64,000 nucleotides of DNA from assembly GCF_009914755.1 (NCBI RefSeq), contig NC_060944.1; one strand, written 5' to 3'. The translations under genes were made by a program, and so were the position numbers. This document shows, one piece after another, positions 13,016 through 26,243 of the stretch. The stretch comes from the human T2T-CHM13v2.0 reference genome, Homo sapiens. The first letter of the stretch is position 1; each line of letters opens with the position of its first letter. The notes under the pieces were generated by a model. The model saw only the letters and a program-made list of their open reading frames with translations, did no database searches and was not told where the DNA came from.

Positions 13016-14884
13016 AATTAGAGCTTGGGACCTGAGAATAATTATATTGGCTGTAATTGTTTATTGAGTGCATGTTAAAATCCAGTTTCTGGGTCCCGTA
13101 TCCAGAGGTTCAGATTCAGTGGCTCTGCGGTGGGATCCATGAATCTGTATTTTTGTAACTATCATGGATGATTACGAAATGAAACCAGAAGTGCAGTGTA
13201 CAGGTCATCTCCTTTTACTGATGGGACAATGACAACACAATTGGAGCGGTACTGTGGTCTTCTTCCCAGCCCAGGATGCCTTCTGTTTCCCCACCTTGCT
13301 ATAATACCACTGTATATTTGGGAACCTCTGGGGACCCTCCCTGGAATATGCCAGAGGTGTGACAAGCTCCGCTGTGGGCCTCAATGGACTCAGACAACGA
13401 GGGCATTTCTCACCTCATTAGTTTTAAATTGCCTGTTATTTAGCTCAGGAGATGCTGGCCACTGCACAGTTAAGCCCAGTGACAGGAATATTAACAAGAT
13501 GCATGGAGGAGAGCTTGGAGCTGCTGGAGTGGACATGAGAGATGGACGTCTTGCAAACAAACCCACCTCCTGGGCCACATGTCTCTGAAAAATCCACCTA
13601 TTAGTAGAAGACCAGACTTAGTCATTTGCAACTTGAACCCATTTACTTATTCATTCACTTAATTTTTTTCTTTGCATATTCGGTTAGCATTTATTTAGCA
13701 CCTATTTGGAGCCAGCTCCTGTTCTGGTATTTGGGAAATAGAGCTAAATCAGACATCATTGTCTTACTTTACTGTGATTCATACGGTGATGTACGAAGGT
13801 GCTGGAGAGGAAGAGGGGTCTATCTTTCATCAGATTTGGGGGTCAGTTTGGGGCAGGAATCTGGGCTGAGTCTGTAGTCAGTCTGGGGTCTGAGGTCAGG
13901 GATCAGTCTCTGGTCAAGAAACATAGTGAAGGTCACTAGAACATCCAGGTCCATTCCTGAGAATAATTATATTGGCTGGAATTGCCACAGAGAGGCCTTG
14001 AGTATGGGACATCTTGGGTGATGTTTCTCATGGCCCAACATGAATCTTAGTCCTGATGGTCCATTGCCAGGCAACAAGGCCCTACTATCTTGAGCAAGGT
14101 GGGGATAAGGTTTAGGAGGAGTCCAGAGTATCTTCTCACATTCTCATTACAGTGTTCTCCACTCACTGGGGTGAGGGTGGAGGGAGGTAGACTGTTTTTA
14201 AGGAACTGGTTATATTGTTTTGGGTGAGAGTCCAAACATCAACTCATCTTAAGAATGAATCCAAGCTTCTAAGTAGATATTTTGCACTTTAGAGAGACAG
14301 TAATTTCATAAAAAGGAATTGCTAAGCCACTGCCTAACTGTGCCAATGATTTTAGCTGAAGGTTAAACTCACAGAATGTCAGAGATGGAGGGGCCCCCAG
14401 GGATTACTCTGGTTAACTGTCTTTGAATTGTGCTCTCTGGAATCCTGCATTTCTCTGTTGGTGTCTGTGGTAGAGGTGTGCTTGGGTAGAGGTATGAGGG
14501 GGCCCCTTGTAGGGTCTAAGGCAGCAAGGGAGTTAGAAGAAGGTTGGCCTATTCCATCACCTCTTCCCTACCTTCCATTCCAGCTCCCCAGTTCCACCCA
14601 CATTCCTTCTCTCTCTTTGGGATTCCAGGCCATTCATAGAAGGTCTACTCAGCTCTCTACCAGTGTCAGGGCTCACTCAACTGATATGCCGAATAGGTGC
14701 CCTCTAAGGCAGTGGCCATAACATCCTTCTTGTGGACTCTGGGCAGCAAGGGGCATAGACTGGCTGACAGCTGTCACCTGGATAAAAGGTGAGTCTGTCT
14801 CTCCATGACCCGCCTCCTCTGACCCCCTACTGAGGCCACTTAGAGATATACACTATAGAAAAGGAATCGTTTTAAAGAAGTTCT

Positions 14885-14995
14885 CTAGACGACGAGTTAG
14901 TGGGTGCAGCGCACCAGCATGGCACATGTATACATATGTAACTAACCTGCACAATGTGCACATGTACCCTAAAACTTAAAGTATAATAAAAAAAA
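14885..14995 (+). mobile_element. Severely 5'-truncated young L1 (L1PA2-type 3' end)
   Basis: Near-perfect L1 3' terminus with GAG (not ACA/ACG) and CTTAAAG (not CTTAGAG) diagnostics. Poly(A) tail; TSD aa(a/g)aagttct; TT/AAAG endonuclease-type site. Confidence 0.92.
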
Positions 14996-16819
14996 AAGTT
15001 CTTCCCAACACAAGGTACATTGCTTTTCGGGAGTATTCCAGTGAGCAGGTGTGCTTAACGTGGCGGTACAGGTGAGCCTCCAGCATCACCATCTTCTGGT
15101 CACCTTTTATTTTTTTATGAAGCAAATAAAAAGGCATTTCTTAAATCTTTGGAAAGTTTTCCCCCAGTTTTTGTGATACGTTCTCCTTCAGGTTGGATCA
15201 AGAACCTGGTTTATCACCTCTTTCCATTCTTGTTTCAAACTCATGCATTCTTTTGATGACTTAATCTTTTGCTGACTAACATGGATATTACGGAGACTCA
15301 ATTCGGGTCTAGGTTTCAAGATTCTCAGAGTCTAGGGGAGGAGGCAAGAATGGAGAGAGGGGGCAGAGCTGCAAGAGCAGCCAGGCCAGCAGTATTTGTT
15401 TTTCTAAGAGCAAACAAAAAAGATTTGAATGCTTGAGCTCTGGGGGCAAGGGATGTGGTTGGGGAGGTAGAGGCAGGGTACCATTTCTGTAAACTATGGG
15501 GTGGAGGGGTCCTGTGCAGCCTACACTGACACACTCTTATTTCCTCTTGTCTTCCCTGGGGAGATGGTGCCAGGACTTAGACAAAGGGAGGACCATGGGG
15601 GGAATGAGAGGAATAGAAAGGCATCCTGGAGGAATAGGAAGAGGTGCAGAAAGAAAAAAGCAAGGTTCAGAACAGGAGGAGCTGCATTTGTGCAGGCCTG
15701 GAAACTCCAACTGGTCTGGAACAGGTGCCTGTTCTTGATCCTCAGTGGAACCAGAAAGGGTAGAAGAGTAGGAGTGTAATTTCTGGGGAGGCCAGCTGAT
15801 GGGGGTCGACTCCTTTGTTCTCTTGTAGGGAGGTTAGCTGATCACTCCTGATCAAAGCGTGGGTAGGTTTGTGCACCACATGCATCATGCTGCCTTCCAG
15901 AATGTTCCACCCTCCGCTGTCCCCTCTTAGTCCTCCAATAATGCTATTTATCGTTCCTCTGAGGTCCTGGTGTTCTTGGAATCTTGTTGTTTTTCTCATT
16001 CTTATTGAAGTTCTAATTGTATTGAGAGGAATTTAGATTAGTTTGACCTGAGATGGGCTTTTAGAAGCCAATAAGGGTGTTTCTTTTCAGATATTTAGCA
16101 GTATTTGTCTTATGAAGTGCTCTCAAATCCACACTCAGAGAACAAGCCTATAATTTCTATTCAAATAGCCTCTAATGAGGTGACACTTTTGTCAACTTAT
16201 AGGGCCAAGTCAGGCTGTGGAAAAATATATATATTTGGATCTTTTGGCCCTTGGACAAACTCAAAATATGCACCAAATATGCTTTGGAGCATTGTGGAGG
16301 CATGAAAAATAGATAGGTGAGATGGAGGGCTTGGGAGGTCTAAGCATCTTTGGAGGCTGTATCCCTGCATCCTTTATTCACTTATTCAAAAACCATTCAC
16401 CAAACATCTTCTTTATGCATATGCCAGTACCGTGTTATGTGCAGGGCAGCAAAGGATGAATAAGAACAGAATTTGATGCTGCAAGAATGCTGTGCATCCC
16501 TGTGTGGATATGAGTGCACATGGTGTATGTGTGTGTGCCTGTGTGTACACACTTGCCTTTGTGTGGCAGGCAGACAGGTGTATGAATAAAACGATGAAGT
16601 GTGATAAGAGCATCACTCATAGCATGATGATACAATTTATCATCCAAATTGGTACATCTTTGGGACAAAGGCTAAACCCTGAACAATAAGCATAATCTGG
16701 GGCTGTCTTAGGCAAACTAAGAAATATGGTCACCTGAAGTAATGCCTAACACAGGAAAGAGCAGAAGACTTCTTGGAGGAGGTCTCTTTGGACTTCCAAA
16801 TGGACCCTCCCCATCCATT

Positions 16820-17090
16820 CTTGACTTCCTTCGGTTACTGAGATCCCAGCGCAATCATCCCTTCCTCTGGGAAGCTTTCCCAGACATGTCCCATCAGGCC
16901 AACTTCTCATACACTCTTCTAGCTCTGTAGCTCTCACCTTCCAAGCACTTATTTCTGGAATGATTATACATGCAATTGTGCAGTCATTGTATTGTATATC
17001 TGCCTCCCGCACATCATGAAGACAGGCCCATCCATGAAGGTTTTGTTTACCATATATGGATATTCAATAATTACTGGAACAGTGGGCTGA
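16820..17090 (+). mobile_element. L2 LINE 3' fragment
   Basis: ttcctctgggaagctttcccagac...tgtatatctgcctccc...ttcaataattactg. Confidence 0.5.
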
Positions 17091-17497
17091 GTCTTGGAAC
17101 ACTGTCCTACTTAGCTAGGTGCCTGTCTACCTAAAGAAAGAAGGAGGGGAGTGGGAAGGACCTGGAACCAGCAAGTATTCTGGTAGAGGAGCCTGGTGGG
17201 CGTGAGGTCTAGAGACAGGATGATACATGTTATTGGCGGGGGGCGGGGTACAAATAGCTCAGTGTGGCTGGATCACAGGGTTTGAAGGGTACAGCAGGGA
17301 ACGGATTGTGAGAAGGGAGACCACATCCTGTTGGGTTTGTGAGCCATACTGTTGACCCTGGCCTATATCTTCCCCATCTTCTTTTCCTTCTGAGAGGTTT
17401 GATTAGATGAACTCTAAGACATTTGCAAATAATCTTTCCTTGTGGTCCTTTTACTAGTCTGGCTAATTGTTTAAGAATGTTTCTAATTGTTCTTATC

Positions 17498-17784
17498 TTT
17501 TTTTTTAGAAACAGGGTCTTGCTCTGTCACCCAGGCTGGAATGTAGTGGTGCAATTATAGCTCACTGCAGCCTTGAACTCCTGGGTTCAAGGGATCCTCC
17601 CACCCTAGCCTGCTGAGTAGCTAGGACTACAGATAAACACCTCACACCTGGAAAATTTCTGTAGAGATTGGGTCTTGCTATGTTGCCCAGGCTGATCTCA
17701 AACTCCTGGGCCCAAGTGATCCTCCCACCTTGGCCTCCCCCTGTGCTGGGATTATAGGCATAAGCCTATAAGACACGCCCAGCC
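17498..17784 (-). mobile_element. AluJ
   Basis: agggtcttgctctgtcacccaggctgg...atagctcactgcagccttgaactcctggg; AluJ diagnostics. Confidence 0.9.
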
Positions 17785-19397
17785 TGTCCTTACTTTTTTA
17801 TAGCCCTCATTAAGATAAATATTTCTCTCCATTTTGGAAACATCAAACAATTAGGGAAAGTCATAGAAGAGATGCTAAGGATGATTCCAGAAAGTGTGCT
17901 GTTTACATTGCATGTCAAAACAAGATATAATGTTGGAAATGGAGTCACACGAACAGCCTCTCCTTCCTCCTGAATACCTGAGACAGGGGCTTCCTGTGGC
18001 CTAAGACACCCTAGGAAGGCTGTTTCTCTCCAGTGCATCAGGTACTAATGAGATGACCAATGAGAGCACTATTCCCAGCTCTGAGAGTTCACAGACTTAT
18101 ACATTATGCATTAGACAAATACCATCTTCCATTTCTCTTCATCTGCAGGTATTTTGTTAAAAGTGTGCTTTTTCCTCATATAAAGGTTCTCTTAGTTCAA
18201 GATGTGACACATCTATTCACTGGGTCCCTGGAGCCCAGGTGGGCTTAATAGCACCTTATCTTCCTCATCACACCAGTGCATGCAGTTTTGCAAAGAGGCA
18301 CTAACTGGAGTCACCTTGTCCCAAAGCCATGAAGCCATTTCCTTAAGTGTATGATTTGGTTCCTTGTAATCTCAGCCACTCTCATATTCTCCAAGCCCCT
18401 CACCGGCTCACAAATTATTCCAGATAACAGCTCCCTTGTCACCTTTCCAGCCCCTCCTTCACCATCTCAGCTGAGGAGAGTCTATGAAGAAAATGAGAAC
18501 AGAGGCTCATTTCCAAAGGCAGCGACAAGAATTTGCTAATTAAAATGAAAAGACTTAGTTCCCTGAATCAGTGAAGGAGGCTTCTGAGAGGCACCTAGAG
18601 GAAATCTTTCTCCAAACGAATGGCCTTTCCAGCTGGGCCCTGATAGAGCCCAGGCATCCTTCTAACTGCAGGAGGCTGGAAACTGGGGCTCTGCAGACCT
18701 GCTCCCAAACAAGGCCTAATGAGGCCTCAGACCCATTTCTAGGAGCTCCTGCCTCTTTGTTTTTCTCAGCCCCAAAAGCTCACAAGGATTGACCTACTCT
18801 TCAGTACATTTTAGAATCAAGGGGCCTTTGGATCATCCAGCCAAGTGGTTTTCAAGGAGGCTACACACTAGAATCACCTGGGGAGGGGTTAAAAGATCCC
18901 CAGACCTAATAAAAATGCATCTCTAGAGGGGGCCTAGGTATCTGAATTTGCCAAAAGCTTTCCAGTGCTTTTGCTGCAGAGTGAGAAGTGGGAGCTGCTG
19001 ATCTCATCCAATAGCCTTATTTCTGGGCGAGGACTCTGAGGGTCAGAGAGGGAGATGATGTTGCCCCAGGCCACACAGCAAGACAGTGGCAGAGTCCGGG
19101 TCTCCTGTCTTGCCCTTTAGACTACACAGACTGCCCCTGCTCTGCCTTCCTCACAGGGCCGTGTGTGGATGAAATAACATAAAGGGAAGATAGAAAGTGC
19201 TCAGCAAGAGGGCCTGTGGCCTGACCATATTGGTATGTGTAAGCATGTCTGGAGGGCTGCCAGCAGGGGCCTCTTTGCATGCAGACTGAGGGACCTCATA
19301 GGAAATGTTCTGCCTAAGGGAAAAGGTGGATGAGATGCAAGAAGGCGGCTCAACAATGAAGAGAAATGGAGATACCTGCCATGCAGTACTATATTTG

Positions 19398-19480
19398 ATT
19401 ATGTTGAATCATATGAAATTGTGATATCTGCCATTTTTGACCTATAAAAAAGGCAGTGTTTTTTATGATTGGATGTAATA
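19398..19480. mobile_element. MADE2-like mariner MITE (~80 bp)
   Basis: attatgttgaatcatatgaaattg...tttttgacctataaaa...ggca...tatgattggatgtaata resembles MADE2 with degenerate terminal inverted repeats. Confidence 0.7.
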
Positions 19481-20329
19481 GTTTCAGAAGCAATAAGGAG
19501 AAGATGAGAAAAATGACACCCAGTGATGGCCACAGGGTCAGATCTGAGCTTAGGTGTCTCTGGTTCAAAGTCTCCTGACCACTTTACTGCCTCTTCTCTC
19601 TGTTGCCTTGGCTGGGCAGGTGCAGTCTGGGGTACACAAAGGAAGTAATTAAGCATTTTCAAACTGTAACTATGAGAAAAGTCATTCCCGAGAAGCTCGA
19701 GGCTGGGGTCCTAGTCCCTGGTTCTTACTCATGTTTTGTTTTTATCATTATTGTATAAGGTAATATCCATAACTCAAGTAATCCTTTTTATTCTTGGGAA
19801 AGTCATGGAGACTTTGGTTTTCCCATACATAAAATGGAGCAGGGGGGAGTTGGAATCTCCCAGGGCCCTTCTTGTCTCCTTAATTCTAATAGTCAAATAA
19901 AAATAATAATTTACACTTGCAAAGCACTTTGCAGCTTCCCAAAGCATCTTTACAGTCTTGTTTGGCTTGGCACTTTCTACAACCTGATGAGATAGAAGTT
20001 ATTATCACCAAATTTTGGATGGAGTACATTCATCTAAAGGGCCCAAAGAGACCTTAGACAATTGTCCAAGTCATACAACTTGTTACTAGTAGACCCAGAG
20101 CTAGAATTCAGGTTTCCTCATTCCTGGGTGTTAGGGTCTTTATACAACATTGGACTGGATATCAAAAAGAGGAGGCCAAATCTGAAAGGCAAGAGCTTAA
20201 ACTTGACCTTCACAGATCCAAGCCCCCTTTATTTTATCACACAGGATTAGTGGTTTTGTCCTACTGGGATGAGGGGGAAAGGATTAATGCTTGCCTTGCC
20301 TCTCCACAGCTGCCTGACTCCTCACTCTC

Positions 20330-20685
20330 TGATATGGTTTGGCTGTGTCCCCACCCAAATCTCCTCCTGAATTCCCAGGTGTTGTGGGAGGGACCTGGTG
20401 GGAGGTAAGTGAATCATGGGGGCAAGTCTTTCCTGTGCTGTTCTTGTGACAGTGAATAAGTCTTACAAGATCTGATGGTTTTAAAAAGAGGAGTTCCCCT
20501 GCACAAGTTTTCTCTCTCTGCCTGCTGCCATCCATGTAAGACATGACTTGTTCCTCCTTGCCTTCAGCCATGATTGTGAGGTTTCCTCAGCCATGTGGAC
20601 CTGTAAGTTCCATGTGGAACTTTCTTTTGTAAGTTGCCCAGTCTCAGGTATGTCTTTATCAGCAGCATGAAAAGAGACGAATACA
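20330..20685 (+). mobile_element. THE1B-like MaLR solo LTR
   Basis: tgatatggtttggctgtgtccccacccaaatctc ... gtctttatcagcagcatgaaaa...aataca; 5-bp TSD ctctc/ctctg. Confidence 0.92.
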
Positions 20686-20789
20686 CTCTGTAACCCTACC
20701 CTGTTTCAACATCCCCAAATCTTCTGTAGAAGAAGGTACATGCCTTTGAAGTTCCTTGCATTTTACTTTAAGGTGCTTTATTTGTGAGA

Positions 20790-21340
20790 ACCAGCATGTG
20801 ATAATGGTTAGGAACACAGACTGCCTGGATTTGGATTCCAGGTTTGCCACTTAACAACTATGTGATCTGAATAAAGTTCCTTAGCTTCTTCATGCTTCAG
20901 TTTCCCCAGATTTCAAATGGGGATAATAATGGAACCTATATCATAGTGTTGTAAGAAGGATTAAATTAGTGAATTATAAGCATTTGTATTAGTCAAGATA
21001 TGCGGTAGTGACAAGTAAACCTTCACATCTCAGTGGCTTCATCTATAAAGGTTTATTCGTCATCTGGGCTGTGTCTGATGGGGGTCAGGTAACCTTCCAG
21101 GGGCCTCATGTGGAACTCGGTGATCCACATGTCCTTCATCTTGTGAAGCATCTTACCGTGATTTTCAGAGTTTCTTAAAAGTCTGAGAGTGTTGTGTGTC
21201 ATCTCCCCTCAGAGTCTGTTGGCCAGAATTAGTCACATGGGCCCAATATTATTAGAATGAGCCCGCGCAGTGCAGAGAAGCTCATGGACTAGTTGGTGAA
21301 CACCACTAGCTCTGCCAGTGTATATAAGTATTTGTTAAAT
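20790..21340. mobile_element. MIR (+) interrupted by an antisense MLT1-family LTR (~20986-21320)
   Basis: MIR core cttcagtttcccca...aaatggggataataat, then tgtattagtcaagat...tctcagtggctt...ggccagaattagtcacatgg. Confidence 0.6.
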
Positions 21341-24300
21341 AAGATAAATATGATTTTAAGAAGCCTCATTTTTTAATGTGTTGATAGTTTAATCCTGTTA
21401 CTGGAGTCTTGCATTTTATTGCTGTTTATTACTTTTTACTTGAGTCTCAATTTAAAATTTTTATCACTTCTTATTCTTTTATGTTTTTCATTAATTTTGC
21501 TTTGTCTTTGTAACAACCTCATAAAAAGTCGTTTGACTGGGACAGCAGGAGTGGGAAACCCTATCAACATCTGGGACATCTCTAGGCCACTGTTCCTGCC
21601 ACCCAGCTGTCTCTGCAGCCACTCTCGAGTTTCCTTGGATGAACCTTCTAGTTCTTTCAAAAATCTCACCCTGGGATGCTTCTGGGGTTCATGGTTCAGC
21701 CTCCCAGGGCTATGCTTCCCCACCTGGAATTGCACGCTTGCGTGGTTGGGAAGGTGTTGCCACAGACATTTTCTGCAGGCCTGATGCAAAAAACTGCATT
21801 TTAAAAAATCCTGAGAGTGACATCAGTTTCTGATGCATGTTAATTTTACCTTTTGTGATGAACAAACCACGCCAGCAGAAAGCCTCAACCCAGGGGGCTG
21901 GCTAACAGAGGTCCCATCAGGGAGGTGCCCTGGCCCAGCGCAGGTGAAGGGTCAGATGATGTTGATATCCCCTACAGGTATCCGCAGGTAGGGTACACTA
22001 TCCAGCCCCCAGGATTGTTCTTCCTGAGTTACTCACATTCCACTTCGGCAGGCCTTAAGAAGATTGCTTGTGTAATAGGCTCCTAACTCCCTTTCCTTTA
22101 TGGGCAGCATTAAGCAGAAGGCCTGCAAAGAGGGGTGTACTGTGACTTTGGAATAGAGTCAGCTGGGAGATCAACCGCATTTGTCAGACATGTAAAGCAA
22201 TGTGAGCTGGCTGAGAATTCTAAAATCGGAAAAGAAGGGAGCCTTCTTCCCCTGTAGAGTAGAGGCCTAGAGTTCTCTTGGAAAAGCCACTGGGGCATCA
22301 GGAAGAATCAGGGCTGCCATTCTCTGCTCTAGGTCTGTCTCTCTAAAGGTTGAAAGATGCCGTTCTGGGGCACTTTGGCAGGATGTGTAGAGGGATGTCT
22401 CTGCAGAGGGGTTTTATCCGCTTTCAGAGTTGGAGCCATAATGACAGTATTCCCAACATCATGCACATTTAATCCCCCTCCTGTGGCCTCTGGGGATTTT
22501 TTTTCCCACATAAAATGTCTCAAGCCCTTATTCCACAAATGGCCTGATTTCTTGCTGGGCCCCAGATGGAGGCCTCTGCCCCCTTTTTTTCCCTGCAGGC
22601 AGGCCTGCACTCATGGGCCCTTCCCTAGCCTTTGGCCTATACCACTGTTTCTGGGAATTTTCTCTCTTTGGTTGATTCTCCAGTACACCTCACTCCAGTC
22701 CTGAAAACCTAAAATCTCCTTGTCCTGCTTCAAAAACTGGAAAGAAATGCATAGCCGCAGACCAGCTGAGCTGAGCTATGCTGCCTGTGTCTCAGGGAGC
22801 TATGACTTTTACAGGTAAGACGGCTCACTTCTTCAGGTTCAGCCAGCATCCTGGAGGATGCTCCTCAGAGACAGCACATTTATTTTGTTCTTGTCTGTTT
22901 GGGGTTATAAAGGCATAAGCCATGATGTATTGGATTAAAAAGTAGTTAACAATTTTTGCGTTTCAAGAGACCTGGATTTTAGTCATATTCCTAGTTTCAG
23001 ATCTGTTACTTTTCCGGTGGCATAGGTAAAGAAAAATTGGCCAACATCTTCCTTTTTGTTAGAGTGTATACCATGTGATTGTCTTTGGTTTTTGTGACGA
23101 GGGCATTTTGTCTTTCTGGTTCTGTCAAGCAGGACATGAGCTGTCTTAGCACGTTTCCCCTCCGAAGGCACCCACAGTCTGTTTGGACATATGGTACCTC
23201 TCTGAGGATCTTTTAGCTTGCACTTGTTCCACAACCCCAAAGCAGCATTACTTATCTCTGGGGAACTGGATGCCAAGCTGTCTGGGTGTCCCTTGAGGCC
23301 CTGCTGGGGGTGATTAGTGATGGCTGATTGCTCTCCAAGGCCACTCTCAGAGACAGATGGATTCACCTCCGAGGAAAATTTCTCACCCAGCTTCTTATTT
23401 TGCACAGACCTTGCTGGAACTGACTGGTGGAATGTAGCAGGAATCGGAGGGAAGCTTTACTCATCATTCCAGTCCAGGGACCAACATAGGAAATTATATT
23501 AAAATTGGTTCTTCTCTGCTTACTTCCGTCCTCTAGTTGCATATTCTTAATCAGGTAAAGCATTTGTTAACCTTGTTTTTAATACTTAGAGGAGTGCCCT
23601 GGAGCCTGTCTGCCCTCATGATTGTCTGGAGAGGTGAGAAGACCAGGAGTAGTAAAACAGACCAAAGATTTCCCAATTTCTCTTGGGGAAGTGGCTGGGA
23701 TTGGGGATGGTGGCCAATGGGAGCCCAACTTTATTGGTAAAATTCTGATTATTTTATGAGAAGAATGTATTTTTGTATCATTTGTGTAATTAAAAAATTA
23801 AGCAAATGAATAATATGAACACTTCAGTTCTTAAACATTGACAATGTATATACTGGATGTAATAAAACGCACTGAATTGAAAAAACTTTGCTTTGGTGAT
23901 TTGTAAGAGAGGAGTTTTCCCTGTCATTTTCTTTTGCTTTGATCAGGGGATACTAGATAATATCAAACCGGCTTTATCCAAACTGTATATTGACAAATAG
24001 GAGACTTGTCTTCCCAATATCTGGTGTGACAAGGAATCTCAAAGAATTGATCAGAATGCATTCCTTCATTGGTACTATGTGGTGTTAATTATTGTAGCAC
24101 TCTTGAAAATTGTTTGGTTATTCTTGTATGTTTATGTTTTTCATATTAACTTTAAAATTGTTTTTTCCAGTTACTTACTAAAAGACTCATATTGATTTTG
24201 ATTGAAGCGGCATTAAACTTATTCTTTTAGTTTACGGTAGAATTGGCATGTTAACTATAGTGATTGTGACTGTCTACTGAATCTCTTAGTTTATTCCTGT

Positions 24301-24637
24301 CATCTTTTAGGTCTCAAGATAGAGTTCTATAGCTTTCTTTATGTGGGTCCTGCACATTTCTTAAGTCCATTCCTGGGCTTCCTGTATTTTGTGCTGCTAT
24401 TGTGAGTGTAATTTTTCTTTTCCATTATGTTTTCTAATATATAATTGATACTATACTAATGAATGAATTCATTAGTTTATTCTACAAGTATGAATAGAGA
24501 AGCTATTTATTTATTTTGCATACTTATTTTATAACCTGTGCCTTTATTGAATTTTCTTATCAGTCTTAATAGTTTTTGGCATTACTAGACATATACCAAA
24601 GATTGAATTAACTTTGGGCCTTCATTTATAAAAGTAA

Positions 24638-25172
24638 TTGTGGTGGTCTTAAAACATTTATGAAAATCTTTAATACTGCTTTTATAAAAAGAACAAGTCT
24701 ATGTCCTCTTCTCTTGAATCACTGCTGACCTCAGTGAATCCTTTGTAACCTGTAGAATCTAACAAGTGATGAGATGTAACTTCAAAGGTCAGGTGGGAAA
24801 AGGTTACTTAGGTTTCACCAGGATCTCTTGGGACACTCACTGTGGGTGAAGATATGGGCTATGTAATTAGTCTGACTACTCTGGGCTGTCTGTGCTGAAG
24901 AGGCCACATGAAGGCACTTTAATTGACAGCTCCACTGAGTCTCCCAGCCAACAGCCAGCATCAACAGCAGCCATACATGTGAGTCGTCCTGGACATCCAG
25001 CCCAGTCAAGGCTTAAAGATGTCTGTAGTCCTGACATCTGTAACCACATGAAAGACCCTTCTCAAGAGCTGCCAGACTGAACCCTTTCAGAATTCCTGAC
25101 CCACAAAATTATGAAAAAATAAAATATACTTGCTTTGGGATAATTGGTCACACAGCAACGGTAACTGTAACA
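24638..25172 (+). mobile_element. MLT1H-like MaLR LTR
   Basis: tgtggtggtctt...gaggccacatgaaggcac...gacatccagcccagtc...aattcctgacccacaaaattatg...gtaactgtaaca. Confidence 0.7.
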
Positions 25173-25314
25173 ATGATCTCTTAGCTATTGATTAATATTG
25201 CTAGCTGCATTGGCATCATCCAAAAATACTAAATTACAGCAAGGATGTAGACATCCATGACTTTACTAGAAATACACTTAGATTTTCTCTGTTATTTAAT
25301 ATGCTTGCTGCTGA

Positions 25315-25730
25315 TATCATGCATTTTGTAGTAATAACTCTCAAAGCTTAGTGGCTAAGAACCACAATGGTTTATTTCTCATACACACAACGTTCTGGGA
25401 GTCCAGTAACTCCCAAGAGTAACTATACTCCGTGTGGTGATTCAGTGATCCAGGCTGAGGGAATCTCCCCCATCCCTATGGCTGCACCATCTACAATGCA
25501 GGACCTCCTTGATAGATGACTCAAGGAAAGAAAATGCTAGAGAGTCTCTCAACAGTCATTAAATACTTTGGTATAAAACTGATACATTATCAGTTCTGCT
25601 TATGCTTATTGGTCAAGACTTGTCACATGACTCCAGCTAATTACAAGGAGGGTGAGCGGTGTAATCTTCCTTTATGCCAAGAAGGAGTGGAGAAGTGGAT
25701 ACTGGTGAACTCTAGTAATATCTACCACTA
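25315..25730 (-). mobile_element. MLT1K-like MaLR LTR
   Basis: ttagtggctaagaaccacaatggtttatttctc...ttcagtgatccaggctga...ttggtcaagacttgtcacatgac...tctaccac. Confidence 0.55.
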
Positions 25731-25939
25731 ATTATTTTAACTTCTTATGCTAACAAAGTATCCTACAATTAATAGCTTATTGAGGCCATCATATTTCATC
25801 AGGAATTGATATTAAATTTTGTCAAATGTTTTTTAAGTATTAAGATGATTATATGTCTTTCTTTTTACTGTTAGGCTTCCTCATATTGAAGTATTTTTGA
25901 ATTCTTGGCATATAGGCTACTTGGACTTAGTATATTACT

Positions 25940-26243
<304 letters not shown>

